A DNA stretch of 64,000 nucleotides from an uncultured virus (IMG/VR IMGVR_UViG_2724679462_000001) (IMGVR_UViG_2724679462_000001); one strand, 5' to 3'; counted from the first letter of the stretch, positions 38,758 to 49,588 are shown. A program made the numbers and translations. Notes: generated by a model not told the origin, from the sequence alone.

Positions 38758-40110
38758 TTAGGTTCGCCGAATCGCTGCACGGATAAGCATCAGCACAATC
38801 GGCGTGTAATAAAGACGCTCCAGCCCGCCCCATCCGTGATACGTGTCACAGAAGGCGAGGAGCAGATCCTTGTTGATGGCGCGATCTTCGAGGTAGTCGC
38901 GGACAGCCAGCTCGAGCTTCGACTGACCGGGCTGGTTGTTGTAGAACGCCTGCGAGAACACGTAGTGATCGTCGATCAGCACGGGGTTAATCAACGGAGC
39001 GCTGGCGTATGGCAAACCGGCGAGCGCGGTGTTCTCGATCAGATCTTCCAGACAGCCGTTACGCGACGGCACGGACTGCAGACTTGCCTCGGTGATCGGC
39101 GTAATGCCATCGAACTCCTGGTCTACTGTCAGCTCAACGTCGCGCGGATAGACCACGAGGTTGATGCCGCTCCAGCGAATGCCATTGAGCATCGGGTTGC
39201 GGGTGAAGCGGCTGACCCACACGAGCCCGGCTCGCTTATTGGCGAACTTGAGCATTTGCGGATCTTTCTGCAACAGCACGTTCCAGAGCTGAGTGCAACT
39301 CATCGACGGATCGTCGTCGCAATCGAGTTGCCGCATACGAAGCAGCTCCGGCGTATCCGTGCTCTCGAACATCTCCGTGAGCGCGCGCACAAGCCAAGCA
39401 TCGTAGGTCGGGTAGGGCTGACCCGGTGCGATGATCGTCATGAACTCTTTGCTCATGAACTGCTTGGTGTACGTCGCAAGCATGGATTCGTAGCGGCTAT
39501 GCAGCTTCGCAATCTGCTGCCACTCGTCCTTCTCCACCAGCGGGTTCTGTCCGGCCTGCAGATAGTCGCGCACGAACTCCAGGGTCTGGACGGACTTCGT
39601 TTCCAGATCCAGCAATCGTTCGGGTTCTGCGTAGTCGACCATCTCGTACTCGATCGCGAAGACCGAGTCCTTGTAGAACGACTTGCGCTCGCTCGACGTC
39701 ACCGTGAAGATGCCCATCCGGCCGTCATCGACCTGAGCGATGAACATGTCACCCTGGTTCGGGATCAGCACCGGATACACGTTGGCGCCGCCCTTATACG
39801 ACATCTTCTTGCTGGCTGCGTCCTGCGATGCGGTGAGCGACTGCGTGACCTTCAACTCCATCTTGCGGATACGACGATACTGCTGAAATTGCGCTGGCTT
39901 GTTGACTGCCTGACCCGCAATACCGTTGTCCTGATCCAAGACCTGGCTGTAGTAGTCGACGGTCCAGCTGCTACCCTCGACATGCGTGAGCAGGTCGGTG
40001 GTCGGGACATAGCGTGTGTCGATTACGATGCCCTTGTACTTCGGATCCGTCACGCGGATCTTGTCGCGATGCGGAAGCGGCGGCGTCGTAGCCTTATCGA
40101 CGAGCGGCAT
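38758..40110 (-). CDS. Virion structural protein (phiKZ gp99 position)
   Basis: Start MPLVDK; GSSWTVDYYSQ, PNQGDMFIA motifs; synteny. Confidence 0.6.
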   Translation of the reverse strand: MPLVDKATTPPLPHRDKIRVTDPKYKGIVIDTRYVPTTDLLTHVEGSSWTVDYYSQVLDQDNGIAGQAVNKPAQFQQYRRIRKMELKVTQSLTASQDAASKKMSYKGGANVYPVLIPNQGDMFIAQVDDGRMGIFTVTSSERKSFYKDSVFAIEYEMVDYAEPERLLDLETKSVQTLEFVRDYLQAGQNPLVEKDEWQQIAKLHSRYESMLATYTKQFMSKEFMTIIAPGQPYPTYDAWLVRALTEMFESTDTPELLRMRQLDCDDDPSMSCTQLWNVLLQKDPQMLKFANKRAGLVWVSRFTRNPMLNGIRWSGINLVVYPRDVELTVDQEFDGITPITEASLQSVPSRNGCLEDLIENTALAGLPYASAPLINPVLIDDHYVFSQAFYNNQPGQSKLELAVRDYLEDRAINKDLLLAFCDTYHGWGGLERLYYTPIVLMLIRAAIRRT

Positions 40111-41629
40111 GTGTGTTCTCCACGGCTTGAACATAGAACGTCTCGACGGACTTGAAACCCGTCTGACTGGGCACGGCACTCATGAAGCCGAGCATGGAAT
40201 TGCGAGAGGTCTGGTTGCTGTTACCGATCGGTTTCGGGTAACGGTCCCGCGGCAGTGCGGGCCACATTGCACCGATCAAGCGGACAAGGATGTCGTAGTT
40301 AGCGAGCAGGCGCCCCATGGCAGCTGGGCTGAGAAGCCGCCAGTTGTAGCAGAGGCCAAACCAGACGTGGAACCGCGCGCGGGGGTTGGGAGCGAACGTC
40401 GTGAGCACATTCAGGTCACTATCCACCCGGATGGTGCCGTCAGCCTGCAAGTCATTCGCCCCGTACAGGTTGCATGAAAAGACCGAGTTGTAGAGCTGGG
40501 TGATGTAGGGCGCCTCTCCCGTGACGAACTCCTTCATCCGGTCATCCATCGACCAGCCCTCGGACAGCTCGTCGAGATTCATCAGCAGGTTCGGATTGCC
40601 ATCGGCTGAGAGGTCGAGTGCCGTCATGCCGCTGAAAATGCGGATATAAAATGGTGGTTGATTGTTCGGCACGAACTCGTCCCACTCGGGGAAACGCAAG
40701 CCTTCATTGCCGTTGAACCACCCGTCGAGTGCCCGGGTTCGATTGAACTGTTCGAAGTAGTAGGCCGACAGCGAGAAGCTCTTCTGGACCTGCTCCGGAT
40801 TGAACGGCAGCTTATCTTCGCGGTACTTGATGAGCTGGTTATGGATCATCTGCGGATATTCCATCACTACAGAGACCGGCTTGTCGTACTTGAACTTGAA
40901 CGCGCAGCTGATCGTCCACGTATCGGCATCGTCTTCTTTGGATCCGATCTCCGGTTCGCCTTCGAAGTCCCAATACCCAACGATGCGTCCTTGATGCTCG
41001 GGAATCGCCACTTGCAGTTGTGAACCGCTGAAGTTCGATTCGACGGTCGCACGGGACGTGACGCTGTTCTTGAACCACTGAGCGAATGTGTCACCGTAGC
41101 CAGCCACGTTCTCCATCAGCGTGTAAATCTCCTCGAGGATGACCATAGAGACCGGTGGCATCTGATAGGCGTATCGGACATCGATCACCTGCACGTCGCG
41201 CATCTGGGAGGTGCGCACGCGGATCTGCTCGCGCCAGCGCTTTGCTTTCACCTCGTCGATCGCGCGGTATTTGAAGTTGACTGTGATCTCGGTGGACGAG
41301 TACACGGGCTTCAGCATCGTCTCGACACGCGGATCGTGGAAGATGAAGAGGTTGTCCGGATACAGGACGGCGGTGCTCAGAAGACGGTCCTGGTCGACGA
41401 CTTCGTCGACTTCAATCGTGACCTGATCGTAGTAGGCAAGTTCGCTGTCAGCAGGATCGTGATGGAGCGTCGAGCCCGGTTGCATGGTGTTACCGTGCGC
41501 GGACGGGTAGAGAATCGGCGTGTTGTCAGGCAGACCCGTCAGCTTGAAGAGACGACGAGCCACGTCATAGACCACTGGACGCGTGACGCTGTCGTACGTC
41601 TCCGGGATAGGCAATACAAGTTTCGGCAT
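40094..41629 (-). CDS. Virion structural protein (phiKZ gp98 position)
   Basis: 511 aa; overlaps next gene; synteny. Confidence 0.6.
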   Translation of the reverse strand: MPKLVLPIPETYDSVTRPVVYDVARRLFKLTGLPDNTPILYPSAHGNTMQPGSTLHHDPADSELAYYDQVTIEVDEVVDQDRLLSTAVLYPDNLFIFHDPRVETMLKPVYSSTEITVNFKYRAIDEVKAKRWREQIRVRTSQMRDVQVIDVRYAYQMPPVSMVILEEIYTLMENVAGYGDTFAQWFKNSVTSRATVESNFSGSQLQVAIPEHQGRIVGYWDFEGEPEIGSKEDDADTWTISCAFKFKYDKPVSVVMEYPQMIHNQLIKYREDKLPFNPEQVQKSFSLSAYYFEQFNRTRALDGWFNGNEGLRFPEWDEFVPNNQPPFYIRIFSGMTALDLSADGNPNLLMNLDELSEGWSMDDRMKEFVTGEAPYITQLYNSVFSCNLYGANDLQADGTIRVDSDLNVLTTFAPNPRARFHVWFGLCYNWRLLSPAAMGRLLANYDILVRLIGAMWPALPRDRYPKPIGNSNQTSRNSMLGFMSAVPSQTGFKSVETFYVQAVENTHAARR

Positions 41630-41678
41630 GATCGGTCGCCTTATGCTGGGTTACATAAAATCGACCGAATTACAAACC

Positions 41679-41714
41679 GGCATAAAGGGAGGGCCGAAGC
41701 CCTCCCGTTTATGC
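41679..41714. terminator. CATA...TATG-closed hairpin
   Basis: GCATAAAGGGAGGGC-CGAA-GCCCTCCCGTTTATGC. Confidence 0.75.
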
Positions 41715-41726
41715 ACGCAGCCAGTG

Positions 41727-43565
41727 TTAAGCAGCTGCCGGCTTTGCCTTGCCGCCCTTCGGTGCTGTGACTTCAAAGCACGTGAGCGCTGCGTCGATGA
41801 CCGCAAGGATCGAGCGCAACGTACGCAGTGCGTAGTTGTACAGCGGAACGAACGGCTGGTACGACCAGTCCGCGAACGCCTTGTTGAAGTTCAACAGGGA
41901 CCGATAGTGGTGCAGTGCCTTGCCTTCGCCCATGGCCGCTTCGCCTGCCTTACCGATTGCAGCAGTCGCGCTCTTCGATGCAGCTTTTGCCTGATCCGCC
42001 ATCTTGTCGAGCTCGTGGTAAGGACCGCTGTAAAAGTGCTCCAGCGAACCCACGAGGTCATCGCACTGGCTAAGGAGCTGCACCCATTGCGACTTGTTAC
42101 CCGGACGCAGCGCGATCTGTGCCCGCGCCATCTTCGCGGCCACGTGAACATCGCCCTGAACCAGCTTGAGCCCGGAGGCGCGCATCCGCTCGAGCGCCTG
42201 GTCCACCGGCTCGTCAGGATGCGGCTCGTAGACATTCAGTTCCAGCTTGGCGTTACCAAGCAGCTTCTTGCTCTCGCCCGGCGTCATACCGTCGGGGTGC
42301 ATGCCCACCAGCTTGCCTTTCAGGTCGTTCACGGCCTTCTCAGGGCGGTTCGGATCGAACTCCCCGATTGCTTTCACGATTGCATGACCGCGCTCGACAA
42401 CACCATTCGCGTAGTTCGCGAACACACCGTGAATGGTTTTGGCGAAGTCCGCGAAGTCCCGCTCGATATGCTGCGTGAACGAGTCACTGTCGATTCCCGA
42501 GCCCATCACGAGGCCGTGAAGATCCACGCTGACTTTTGCCTCGGGCACAACGGCCTCATCGCCGACCGTCGACGCCTTCTTACGAAGTGCCTCGATCTTC
42601 TTGCGCCAGGTGGGGATCGAGCCATGAATGCGCCAGAAGCCGCGGATCTTGCCCCAGATCTTTTCGACGAAGAGAACGATGGCTTCCCAGATCCTCTTCG
42701 CGGTCTCTTTGATACCTTCGGTCGCGATGGTCGTGCCGATGTAGCTTTCCATCGCCGGGATGATCACGTCGGGTTCCACGTCGGTCCCTGCGACTGCGAG
42801 GTTGCCTGCCGTTTCCATCAGCGCAGCCTCAGCCGGCGTGGCCGTCTTGATGGTGCTGGCCACGAACGCAAGGTCTTCGAGCGCGTCCGACACTTGGATC
42901 ACGCGTTCGGATTCCGCGAGATCGTGGTTGATCTCGGCTGCCGTTTCACCGCCTTCCGCCATCGCGAACGCAGCTTCTTCCATTGCGTGTGACAGTTCGA
43001 GCATTTCGCGCATCGACTCCATCGCTTCGCTGTCGGCTTCCGGTGCGCCACCTGCGGGCGTCGGTTGGTCATCGGCACCGTCCACCGGCGTTTCGGCCGA
43101 GCTCGCCGCACCAGCAGCGTCAGCCGGCTCGGTAGCCGTAGGTTCGTCCGCCGTCGAAGCAGACGGTGCCTCGCCTTGAGTCGATTCGCCACCCTCGGCC
43201 GATCCCGAATCCGTCGATGCGTTGGTCGGTTCACTCGGCACGGCCGGAGCGGGTGTTGCAGGAGCTTCTGCGGGCGTCGGCGCGTCCTGCGCGATCGGCG
43301 CCGGGTCAACGCCCGCTTCTGCGGGAAGTGCAGGAGCATCAGCCGGATCGACGGGTTTCGCTTCGTCGGGTTCCGACGGCTCCGGGTTGGTACCGGCGCC
43401 AGTGGGCTCGGCAGGCACCGGTGCGCCCGCTGACGGCGCAGAGGCGCTAGCAGCAGGGTCACCATCCAGTGCAGCCGCTGCGTCCGGCTTGGCAGTTTCG
43501 GCGTCCGTGGGCGAACCGGTGCTGGTGTTGTCGAAGGCCTCGAGGGCCAGGAAATGTCGTCGCAT
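41727..43565 (-). CDS. Internal head protein (phiKZ gp93-97-like paralog) with long low-complexity propeptide
   Basis: ALE/AME/ATE motifs; ATE-GIKETAKRIW mature start shared with 43648 protein. Confidence 0.75.
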   Translation of the reverse strand: MRRHFLALEAFDNTSTGSPTDAETAKPDAAAALDGDPAASASAPSAGAPVPAEPTGAGTNPEPSEPDEAKPVDPADAPALPAEAGVDPAPIAQDAPTPAEAPATPAPAVPSEPTNASTDSGSAEGGESTQGEAPSASTADEPTATEPADAAGAASSAETPVDGADDQPTPAGGAPEADSEAMESMREMLELSHAMEEAAFAMAEGGETAAEINHDLAESERVIQVSDALEDLAFVASTIKTATPAEAALMETAGNLAVAGTDVEPDVIIPAMESYIGTTIATEGIKETAKRIWEAIVLFVEKIWGKIRGFWRIHGSIPTWRKKIEALRKKASTVGDEAVVPEAKVSVDLHGLVMGSGIDSDSFTQHIERDFADFAKTIHGVFANYANGVVERGHAIVKAIGEFDPNRPEKAVNDLKGKLVGMHPDGMTPGESKKLLGNAKLELNVYEPHPDEPVDQALERMRASGLKLVQGDVHVAAKMARAQIALRPGNKSQWVQLLSQCDDLVGSLEHFYSGPYHELDKMADQAKAASKSATAAIGKAGEAAMGEGKALHHYRSLLNFNKAFADWSYQPFVPLYNYALRTLRSILAVIDAALTCFEVTAPKGGKAKPAAA

Positions 43566-43647
43566 TATTGTCTACCTTACGTTTGAAAAGAGACCCATGG
43601 CCAGAGCGCTCGCGGCGCACGCGCCACGAGTCTCTTTGTCGGGCGTA

Positions 43648-45030
43648 TTAGGCCGGGAGGAGCGGATGCTCGGGAACCGGTACGCCGTGACGTTCCTTCT
43701 GAACCACGTGCTCGAGGTCGTAGCATTTGATCGATTCCTGAACGCGGGCGATGCCGCTGCGCAGGTTCGTGAGCGTAAGACTCGTCATCTGGAGCAACGG
43801 CTGGTTGATCCAGTGGCAGAAGGCCGCGTTGAACGCGAGCATCGCGCGGTAGTACGTCTCGACCACCTTCGAATGGCCGGATGTCTCGCTGTGATCCAGG
43901 TCACTCAGCGACTTCTCGGCCTTCTTCGATGCAGCAGCCAGATCCTTGCGCACGCGCTGGAAGTCGCCTTCGTTCTTCGACTTGTCGAACTTCTCGATCG
44001 CATCGAGCTGGGCTTCCAGTTCCTTGACGACTTCTTCCATCTGCTCGACGGTCAGCGGCTTGCCCTTGTGGACTTCGCCCGAGCCGTTTTCCATGCTGCG
44101 ACCGCCGACGGAGTCAGCGAGCTGCACGTGGTGGGTGCGCAGCTTTTCGAGCACGCCGAGCGTCGTCACGTCGCCTTCCTTCTGCAAGTCGGACACGATC
44201 AGGATCTTGTTGTGCAGCAGGTCGTCGGTGGACTGCGTTTCGACCTGACCGACCTTCTTCGTACTCACCACGCCCGGCAGGCGCCCCAGCTTGACGCCCT
44301 GGAGCGCGTATCGCAGCTTGTTGGCCGACGCTTGCGGATCTTCTGCGTCGAATGCTTCGATGCCGGCCTTCGCCTTCTCGCCCATCGCAAGCACGTACTT
44401 GGCGTAGCTCGAATACACCCAATCGACGATCGAGGTAAACGTCTTGTTCGCCTGGATATACTGGGCCGGATCCGTGACGTCCTTGTGCGCCACCACGGCG
44501 AAGACGCCGACGTGACTGCCTTCCTTTTGCTTCGACTTGGACTTGTCGATCGACTTGATCTGCTTCTTCAGTTCCTCGAGGCGATAGCGCGCACGCGGGA
44601 TTTGCGCGAAGATGCGTTTGAAGAAGTTGACGATCGTGTCCCAGACGTGGGCGAGGAACTTCTGGATACTTTCCCAGATCTTCTTTGCCGTCTCTTTGAA
44701 GTTCTCGGTGGCGATCGTGCCATCCTTGAAGCTTTCCATCGACGGGATGATCTCTTCCGGCGCGACGTCGGTACCAGCTGCTGCCATCTGACCGCAGATC
44801 TCGGTCAGCTGGGTCTCTTCGACGCTGGCGTCCTTGACGTTGGCCGCCACGACAGCGAGGTCTTCCAAAGCATCGGCCAGATCGATCCCGCGATTAACTT
44901 CGCCGAGGTCTTTCTGAATCCGTGCTTCATCGCGCGCGTTCTCGTCGATGAGGAGCATTTCCTCTTCGAGCGAAATCAACGGACGCGGCTCATCCTGGAC
45001 TGCTTCCAGTGCAGGAAAAAAATTGCGCAT
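43648..45030 (-). CDS. Internal head protein paralog
   Basis: ALE, SLE, SME, ATE-NFKETAKKIW; acidic N-terminus. Confidence 0.75.
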   Translation of the reverse strand: MRNFFPALEAVQDEPRPLISLEEEMLLIDENARDEARIQKDLGEVNRGIDLADALEDLAVVAANVKDASVEETQLTEICGQMAAAGTDVAPEEIIPSMESFKDGTIATENFKETAKKIWESIQKFLAHVWDTIVNFFKRIFAQIPRARYRLEELKKQIKSIDKSKSKQKEGSHVGVFAVVAHKDVTDPAQYIQANKTFTSIVDWVYSSYAKYVLAMGEKAKAGIEAFDAEDPQASANKLRYALQGVKLGRLPGVVSTKKVGQVETQSTDDLLHNKILIVSDLQKEGDVTTLGVLEKLRTHHVQLADSVGGRSMENGSGEVHKGKPLTVEQMEEVVKELEAQLDAIEKFDKSKNEGDFQRVRKDLAAASKKAEKSLSDLDHSETSGHSKVVETYYRAMLAFNAAFCHWINQPLLQMTSLTLTNLRSGIARVQESIKCYDLEHVVQKERHGVPVPEHPLLPA

Positions 45031-45062
45031 GATTGCTTGAACCTTTCAGATGAAGGAATAAA

Positions 45063-45100
45063 ACCTGAGACTCCAGGAATGCATCCCCGGAGTCTCAGGT
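45063..45100. terminator. Intergenic hairpin
   Basis: ACCTGAGACTCC...GGAGTCTCAGGT perfect 12-bp stem. Confidence 0.75.
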
Positions 45101-45144
45101 CCTACCCAAGACGTGTAGAACGTATTAGGTCACCGCACGATCCG

Positions 45145-46443
45145 TTAGGCCGCTGCCGGTTCCGGCTTGGCTTCGGGCTTGGCTTCTTCCTTCTTCGCGC
45201 CGTAGGCCTTGATCGACTGCTCGACGAGCTGGTTCAGCGAGCGACCCGACTTCACGGCGTACGAGGTCAGAGCGACGAACGGCGTGTCGGCCAGCTTCAG
45301 AATCGCGCGTGCGTTCTTGATCGCTTCGCCTGCGCCTTCTTCCTTGCCCTGTTCCTGTTCGACGGCCTTCATCAGCTCGCCCTTGCCGCGCTCGCTTTCC
45401 GCGACGGCTTGCTTCGAGCGCTCGATGATTGCGCCGATTGCGATCACTTCGTCAGCGACCTTGATCATCGCTTCCTTGACGAGGACCGGTGCGCTTTCGC
45501 CCTTGAACTCGGCCGAGCTCTTGTTGAACGGCATGATGCCGGCCGTCGATTGCGACGGATCGCCACTGATCACGACCACCAGCGCCTTGCCGCCGGGCAG
45601 TTCGACCGAACGTCCGACCTTGGCGTTTTCGCCAGCCGGGATGCCTTGCGAAGCTGCGTCATGCACGTCGGCCAGACCGAGCGCGCCGTAGTTCACGGCC
45701 TTCGACAGTGCACCAGCGTCGCCCAGATTGGACATCGGGCCCTCGAGCATCTTCGCCCAGTCGGCGTACTTGCCGACCACGCCTTCGACGGCCTTGTGCA
45801 GCTGTGCTGCTGCAGCGATGCCGTCCACCTTGCCACCGACGTGCACGGCGCCTGCGATGCCCGCGTTCTTGATTTCCTTCACGCTCGGTTCGCCTTCGAC
45901 CTTGCCAGCCATTTCCTTCAGCTCGTTCGCGCGCGCAACCATCTTCGCGTTGTTGTCGAAGAGCTTCGTCACGAAGTTCTTGACCCACTCGATCGCCTTC
46001 TTGATCGCGGCGACGATGGTCTCCCACATCTTCTTGACGTTTTCCTTGACTTCTTCGAGCGCGATTTTCGTCGCGTCTTCACGGCGCGAAATGGAACCGA
46101 ACGACTCGAGAGCCGGCGACACGCGCTTCGTCCGCAGGCCAACGCGACCGTACATGTGGCTCAGCGACGTGCGCAGGATGGCGGCGCCGCCTTGTTCCAG
46201 GCCGCCGCTTTCCAGCGCTGCCTTCAGGTCGTCACGAATCGATTCGAGCGCTTCGGCAGTTTCGACGGCTTCGTCGGTCAGCGCATCGTGCTCGGCGAGG
46301 CCGGCTTCGTCTTCAGCAATGTCGGTCAGACCTTCTTCTTGCGAGTTGGCCAGGTCCGAGACTTCGTTGGTTTCGGCTTCTTCGGGCAGCAGGTTTTCTT
46401 CTTCCATCGCTGCGACGAGACCACGGTGAGAAATGCGACGCAT
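45145..46443 (-). CDS. Internal head protein paralog
   Basis: Start MRRISH (AGGAG RBS); AME/ALE motifs; ALE-EVKENVKKMW. Confidence 0.75.
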   Translation of the reverse strand: MRRISHRGLVAAMEEENLLPEEAETNEVSDLANSQEEGLTDIAEDEAGLAEHDALTDEAVETAEALESIRDDLKAALESGGLEQGGAAILRTSLSHMYGRVGLRTKRVSPALESFGSISRREDATKIALEEVKENVKKMWETIVAAIKKAIEWVKNFVTKLFDNNAKMVARANELKEMAGKVEGEPSVKEIKNAGIAGAVHVGGKVDGIAAAAQLHKAVEGVVGKYADWAKMLEGPMSNLGDAGALSKAVNYGALGLADVHDAASQGIPAGENAKVGRSVELPGGKALVVVISGDPSQSTAGIMPFNKSSAEFKGESAPVLVKEAMIKVADEVIAIGAIIERSKQAVAESERGKGELMKAVEQEQGKEEGAGEAIKNARAILKLADTPFVALTSYAVKSGRSLNQLVEQSIKAYGAKKEEAKPEAKPEPAAA

Positions 46444-46555
46444 GTTACTGCTCCTATTGCAATAGGTAAATGAGAGGATGACTAACCAGTACCCGCGCGG
46501 TACTAGCTGCCCCATGCGTTATGAGGCGGCTATACTATTGGCGGGGACGGCCGGC

Positions 46556-47164
46556 TCAGAGGTTGCCGAACAGAAGGTGCAGCGTGCCCAGGAGGTCTTC
46601 TATCCCGCCCGGTTGCGACAGCCATCGCTGGATCACGTTGGCCATCGAGTACTGCGCGAGCGACGGGTACACACCGTCCTTGTAGATCTGGAAGAACTCT
46701 TTAGCGGTCGGCGTGAGTTCTTGCGGGCGCTCACCTGCATCGTTCATCTGCAGGAAGCTCGCCCACGTCTCCAGACTCATCTGGCGTCGACCAGTGGAGA
46801 TGAAACGCAGCACGTCGTCGAGGAAGCGCAGGTGCACGTCTCCGACAGCCGGGCTTTGCATTTGCGTCTTGCACCAGCTGTAGAAGTTCTTGTCACCGAA
46901 CGCGTCGAGCGCGGCGATCAAAACCTTCTCGCGGAAGTCGAACGACATCGTGGAGGCAGCACGCTTGATGTACTGAGCGTACAGCGTCTCGACGACCGGG
47001 TTCGCGTCGGCGGTGTTCTGCTGGGGCGTCACGATACCGACCGAGGTCGTCGTGCGAACGCGGATCTCGTACGGGCGAGGCTTAGCGACCAGCCGGGGAG
47101 GCAGGACCTTGCCCAAGAATCCCCGCGGGTACAGCCGAAGCCCAGCGGCGATGACTTCAGGCAT
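46556..47164 (-). CDS. Virion protein (phiKZ gp91 position)
   Basis: 202 aa; coupled to upstream gene; synteny. Confidence 0.55.
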   Translation of the reverse strand: MPEVIAAGLRLYPRGFLGKVLPPRLVAKPRPYEIRVRTTTSVGIVTPQQNTADANPVVETLYAQYIKRAASTMSFDFREKVLIAALDAFGDKNFYSWCKTQMQSPAVGDVHLRFLDDVLRFISTGRRQMSLETWASFLQMNDAGERPQELTPTAKEFFQIYKDGVYPSLAQYSMANVIQRWLSQPGGIEDLLGTLHLLFGNL

Positions 47165-48047
47165 ATTTCGCCTCCATCGTCGCGATCTTCGCGTTCAGGC
47201 CCTGCACCCGGTTCTCCATGTACTGGATTTCGTTTTGCAGGGCAGCGTCGGGCTTACGCTCGTTGAGCTTCTCGAGGTTCAGCTTGCGCAGCTGCACGAG
47301 GCGCAGTTCTTCCTTCGCCGCGTTGTAACGCGCCACTTCCCCTTCTGCGCTCCACTTGCCCCACCAGTAGAACGGATTCATTTTCGCGTTGATGAAGCCG
47401 AACTTGAACGGGTCGAGGCGCTTCTCGCCGAGCGTCTCGCGCAGCGCGTGCGGATCCGACGACTTGATCGTGATTTCCGGAATGCTCTCGATGGCGTCCT
47501 CGACCGACTTTACGGCCTGTGCGACGCTGGCGAATGCCGTGCAGAATGCGATGAAGTTCTGACTGATCCACTTCTCTTCGGCCGGCGTGATGGCGTCCTT
47601 GACAAACGTGTCGCTGTCCGCAATGAGTGCGGTTTCGTGGACGAACGCGTAGTTGATGAACTTGCGCGCGAACTTCGACACGAACGCGACCGCTTCGATG
47701 AACTGCAGCACGTTCGCCTTCTTGTAGGTGAGGGCGACCGAGGCAACTTCTTCGTTGTAGCTCTTGATCACGTAGCCTTCGGCCGCCGCGAGCGTGCCGA
47801 TCGTTTCCTTCAGGCCTGCATCGATGAGGGCGATCATGTTACCGCCCTTGACGAGCCGCGAGAACGAGCTTGCGAAGCCCTTCATTTCTTCCGACTTCCA
47901 CTTCCACTTGCCGAGCAGCGGTGTGGCGACTTCATAGGCGGGAACGGTGGTTTCGCGGAGTTCGACGCGCGTGTTGCGCACGTCGTCGAGGATTTGATCC
48001 TTACGCAGCGTCGGGAACAGACTGGCGAGGTATGCTTCTATCTTCAT
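47157..48047 (-). CDS. Helical virion/inner-body protein (phiKZ gp90 position)
   Basis: Start MKIEAY; C-terminal coiled coil; synteny. Confidence 0.6.
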   Translation of the reverse strand: MKIEAYLASLFPTLRKDQILDDVRNTRVELRETTVPAYEVATPLLGKWKWKSEEMKGFASSFSRLVKGGNMIALIDAGLKETIGTLAAAEGYVIKSYNEEVASVALTYKKANVLQFIEAVAFVSKFARKFINYAFVHETALIADSDTFVKDAITPAEEKWISQNFIAFCTAFASVAQAVKSVEDAIESIPEITIKSSDPHALRETLGEKRLDPFKFGFINAKMNPFYWWGKWSAEGEVARYNAAKEELRLVQLRKLNLEKLNERKPDAALQNEIQYMENRVQGLNAKIATMEAKYA

Positions 48048-48120
48048 GGTTTTTACTAACCCAGTGATAACCCACACGCCCAGCCGAAGCTAGGCGCGTG
48101 GGCGTATGGAAAGGAGTCTG

Positions 48121-49554
48121 TTACAGCGAGGGGCTGTGGCCGACCTGATAAGCGCGCAGAATGTCCGAGACATCCGGGCCCGATTTTGAAGCGCTCTTCA
48201 GATCACGGAAGCTGACGTCGGTGGCTTCCGGCAGACCGCGGTGATAGAAGCGCACCCGCGACCATTCCTTGTCGATCACCGCAACGATCATCAGCGAGGT
48301 CTTCTCGAAGACCTTCTGGCGCGTCGCGAAATGATCGAACTGACCACCCAGGGACAGTTCCAGCTCGGAGACGGCGTTGGTCGAGGTCACGACCATGTTG
48401 GAGGCTGCGGCGACCGACGGATTGCCGCTGTAGAGCGCCGCGAGGGTGTTCTTCTTTTCCTTCGCCAGGATGTTCATGTACAGCGCGTCGCCGTTGGCCA
48501 TCAAGTTCTTGCGATGGGCGTCGATCAGGTCGCGACAGAACACGAGGTCCTTCCAGAACGCGAGGCGGCCCGACTTCCAGCCGTGGTAGCGCTCCTTCGA
48601 GGACGTTTCTTCGTCGGCGAGGGATAAAATATGAACCAGCTTAGCCGTCGGGATCGTGTTCGCGATCAGGCGGATCGAGACGGGTACGGTGTACGTGGTG
48701 CCGTTGTGCGTGAGGTTCACTTCCAGCATCTTGCCCACGGACAGGTTCGAGTTCTCCTTGATCTCGGAGACGGTGTCGCGGCCGAACGACGCAGCCACGC
48801 GAGCTCGCTCTTCTTGCTCGCGCTCGAGGCGCGCCAATTCTTGGTCCTGCTTGTAGTGGTGCGCGTACTCGTCACGGAACTCTCGGGTCTGCCCCGCCGG
48901 GCGATCGAATGCCTTGTTGACGTCTTCGCGCGCTTTGTCTTCACGCTCCGTCTGAGCCTGCTCACGCTCGCGCTTCCGGTCGTTGTGCTTGTCATCCGAT
49001 GCGCGGCGCGCGTCGTCTCGCTTCGCGCCTTCCTGCTCCCGATTCATCCTCCAGACCTTGTGCGCGCGTTCGGCGTTCTTCACTGCCTCGTCGGGATCGA
49101 TCTGACGACCTTGCGAACCGCCGTCCGACTCCATCGCGACTGACTGCTCCCAGTGCACGGGCAGTCGGTCTTGATACGACTCCTTGGCGAGCATGTGGGT
49201 CAGACGCGACGTAGCTTCACTCATCAGCTTGCCTTGCGCACGGCCGACATCGCGGCTCGTCGCAAACTTGTCCAGGGTGTCCATCACCTTGACGTTTCCG
49301 ATCGTCGAGTTCAGGGCCACGGCCTGCAGGTAGTAGCCCGCAAACATGGACTGCAACGACTGCATCACATCGTGCAGCTCGTCGACGAACAAAACGTCCG
49401 TATCGACCAACACCAGCGGCTCCACGCGCGCGGCTTGCGAGAACGAAATAAGCGAGTCGTACTTGGGGTTGTTGAGCATCTGCGCGCGATCGACGACCGC
49501 TTTGATGGCACTGATCCCAACTCGAGTAGCGTTGATAGGCGCGTCGGCACTCAT
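48121..49554 (-). CDS. Virion/inner-body protein (phiKZ gp89 position)
   Basis: Start MSADAP; AMES motif followed by charged segment; NLSVGKMLEV. Confidence 0.6.
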   Translation of the reverse strand: MSADAPINATRVGISAIKAVVDRAQMLNNPKYDSLISFSQAARVEPLVLVDTDVLFVDELHDVMQSLQSMFAGYYLQAVALNSTIGNVKVMDTLDKFATSRDVGRAQGKLMSEATSRLTHMLAKESYQDRLPVHWEQSVAMESDGGSQGRQIDPDEAVKNAERAHKVWRMNREQEGAKRDDARRASDDKHNDRKREREQAQTEREDKAREDVNKAFDRPAGQTREFRDEYAHHYKQDQELARLEREQEERARVAASFGRDTVSEIKENSNLSVGKMLEVNLTHNGTTYTVPVSIRLIANTIPTAKLVHILSLADEETSSKERYHGWKSGRLAFWKDLVFCRDLIDAHRKNLMANGDALYMNILAKEKKNTLAALYSGNPSVAAASNMVVTSTNAVSELELSLGGQFDHFATRQKVFEKTSLMIVAVIDKEWSRVRFYHRGLPEATDVSFRDLKSASKSGPDVSDILRAYQVGHSPSL

Positions 49555-49588
49555 CGCATTTTCCTTTTTTCCAGAACAAGAGGTTAGT

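Noticed and set aside
43222..46473. 1083-aa plus-strand ORF
   Set aside because: Antisense shadow of head-protein genes with strongly biased codons; no recognisable motifs
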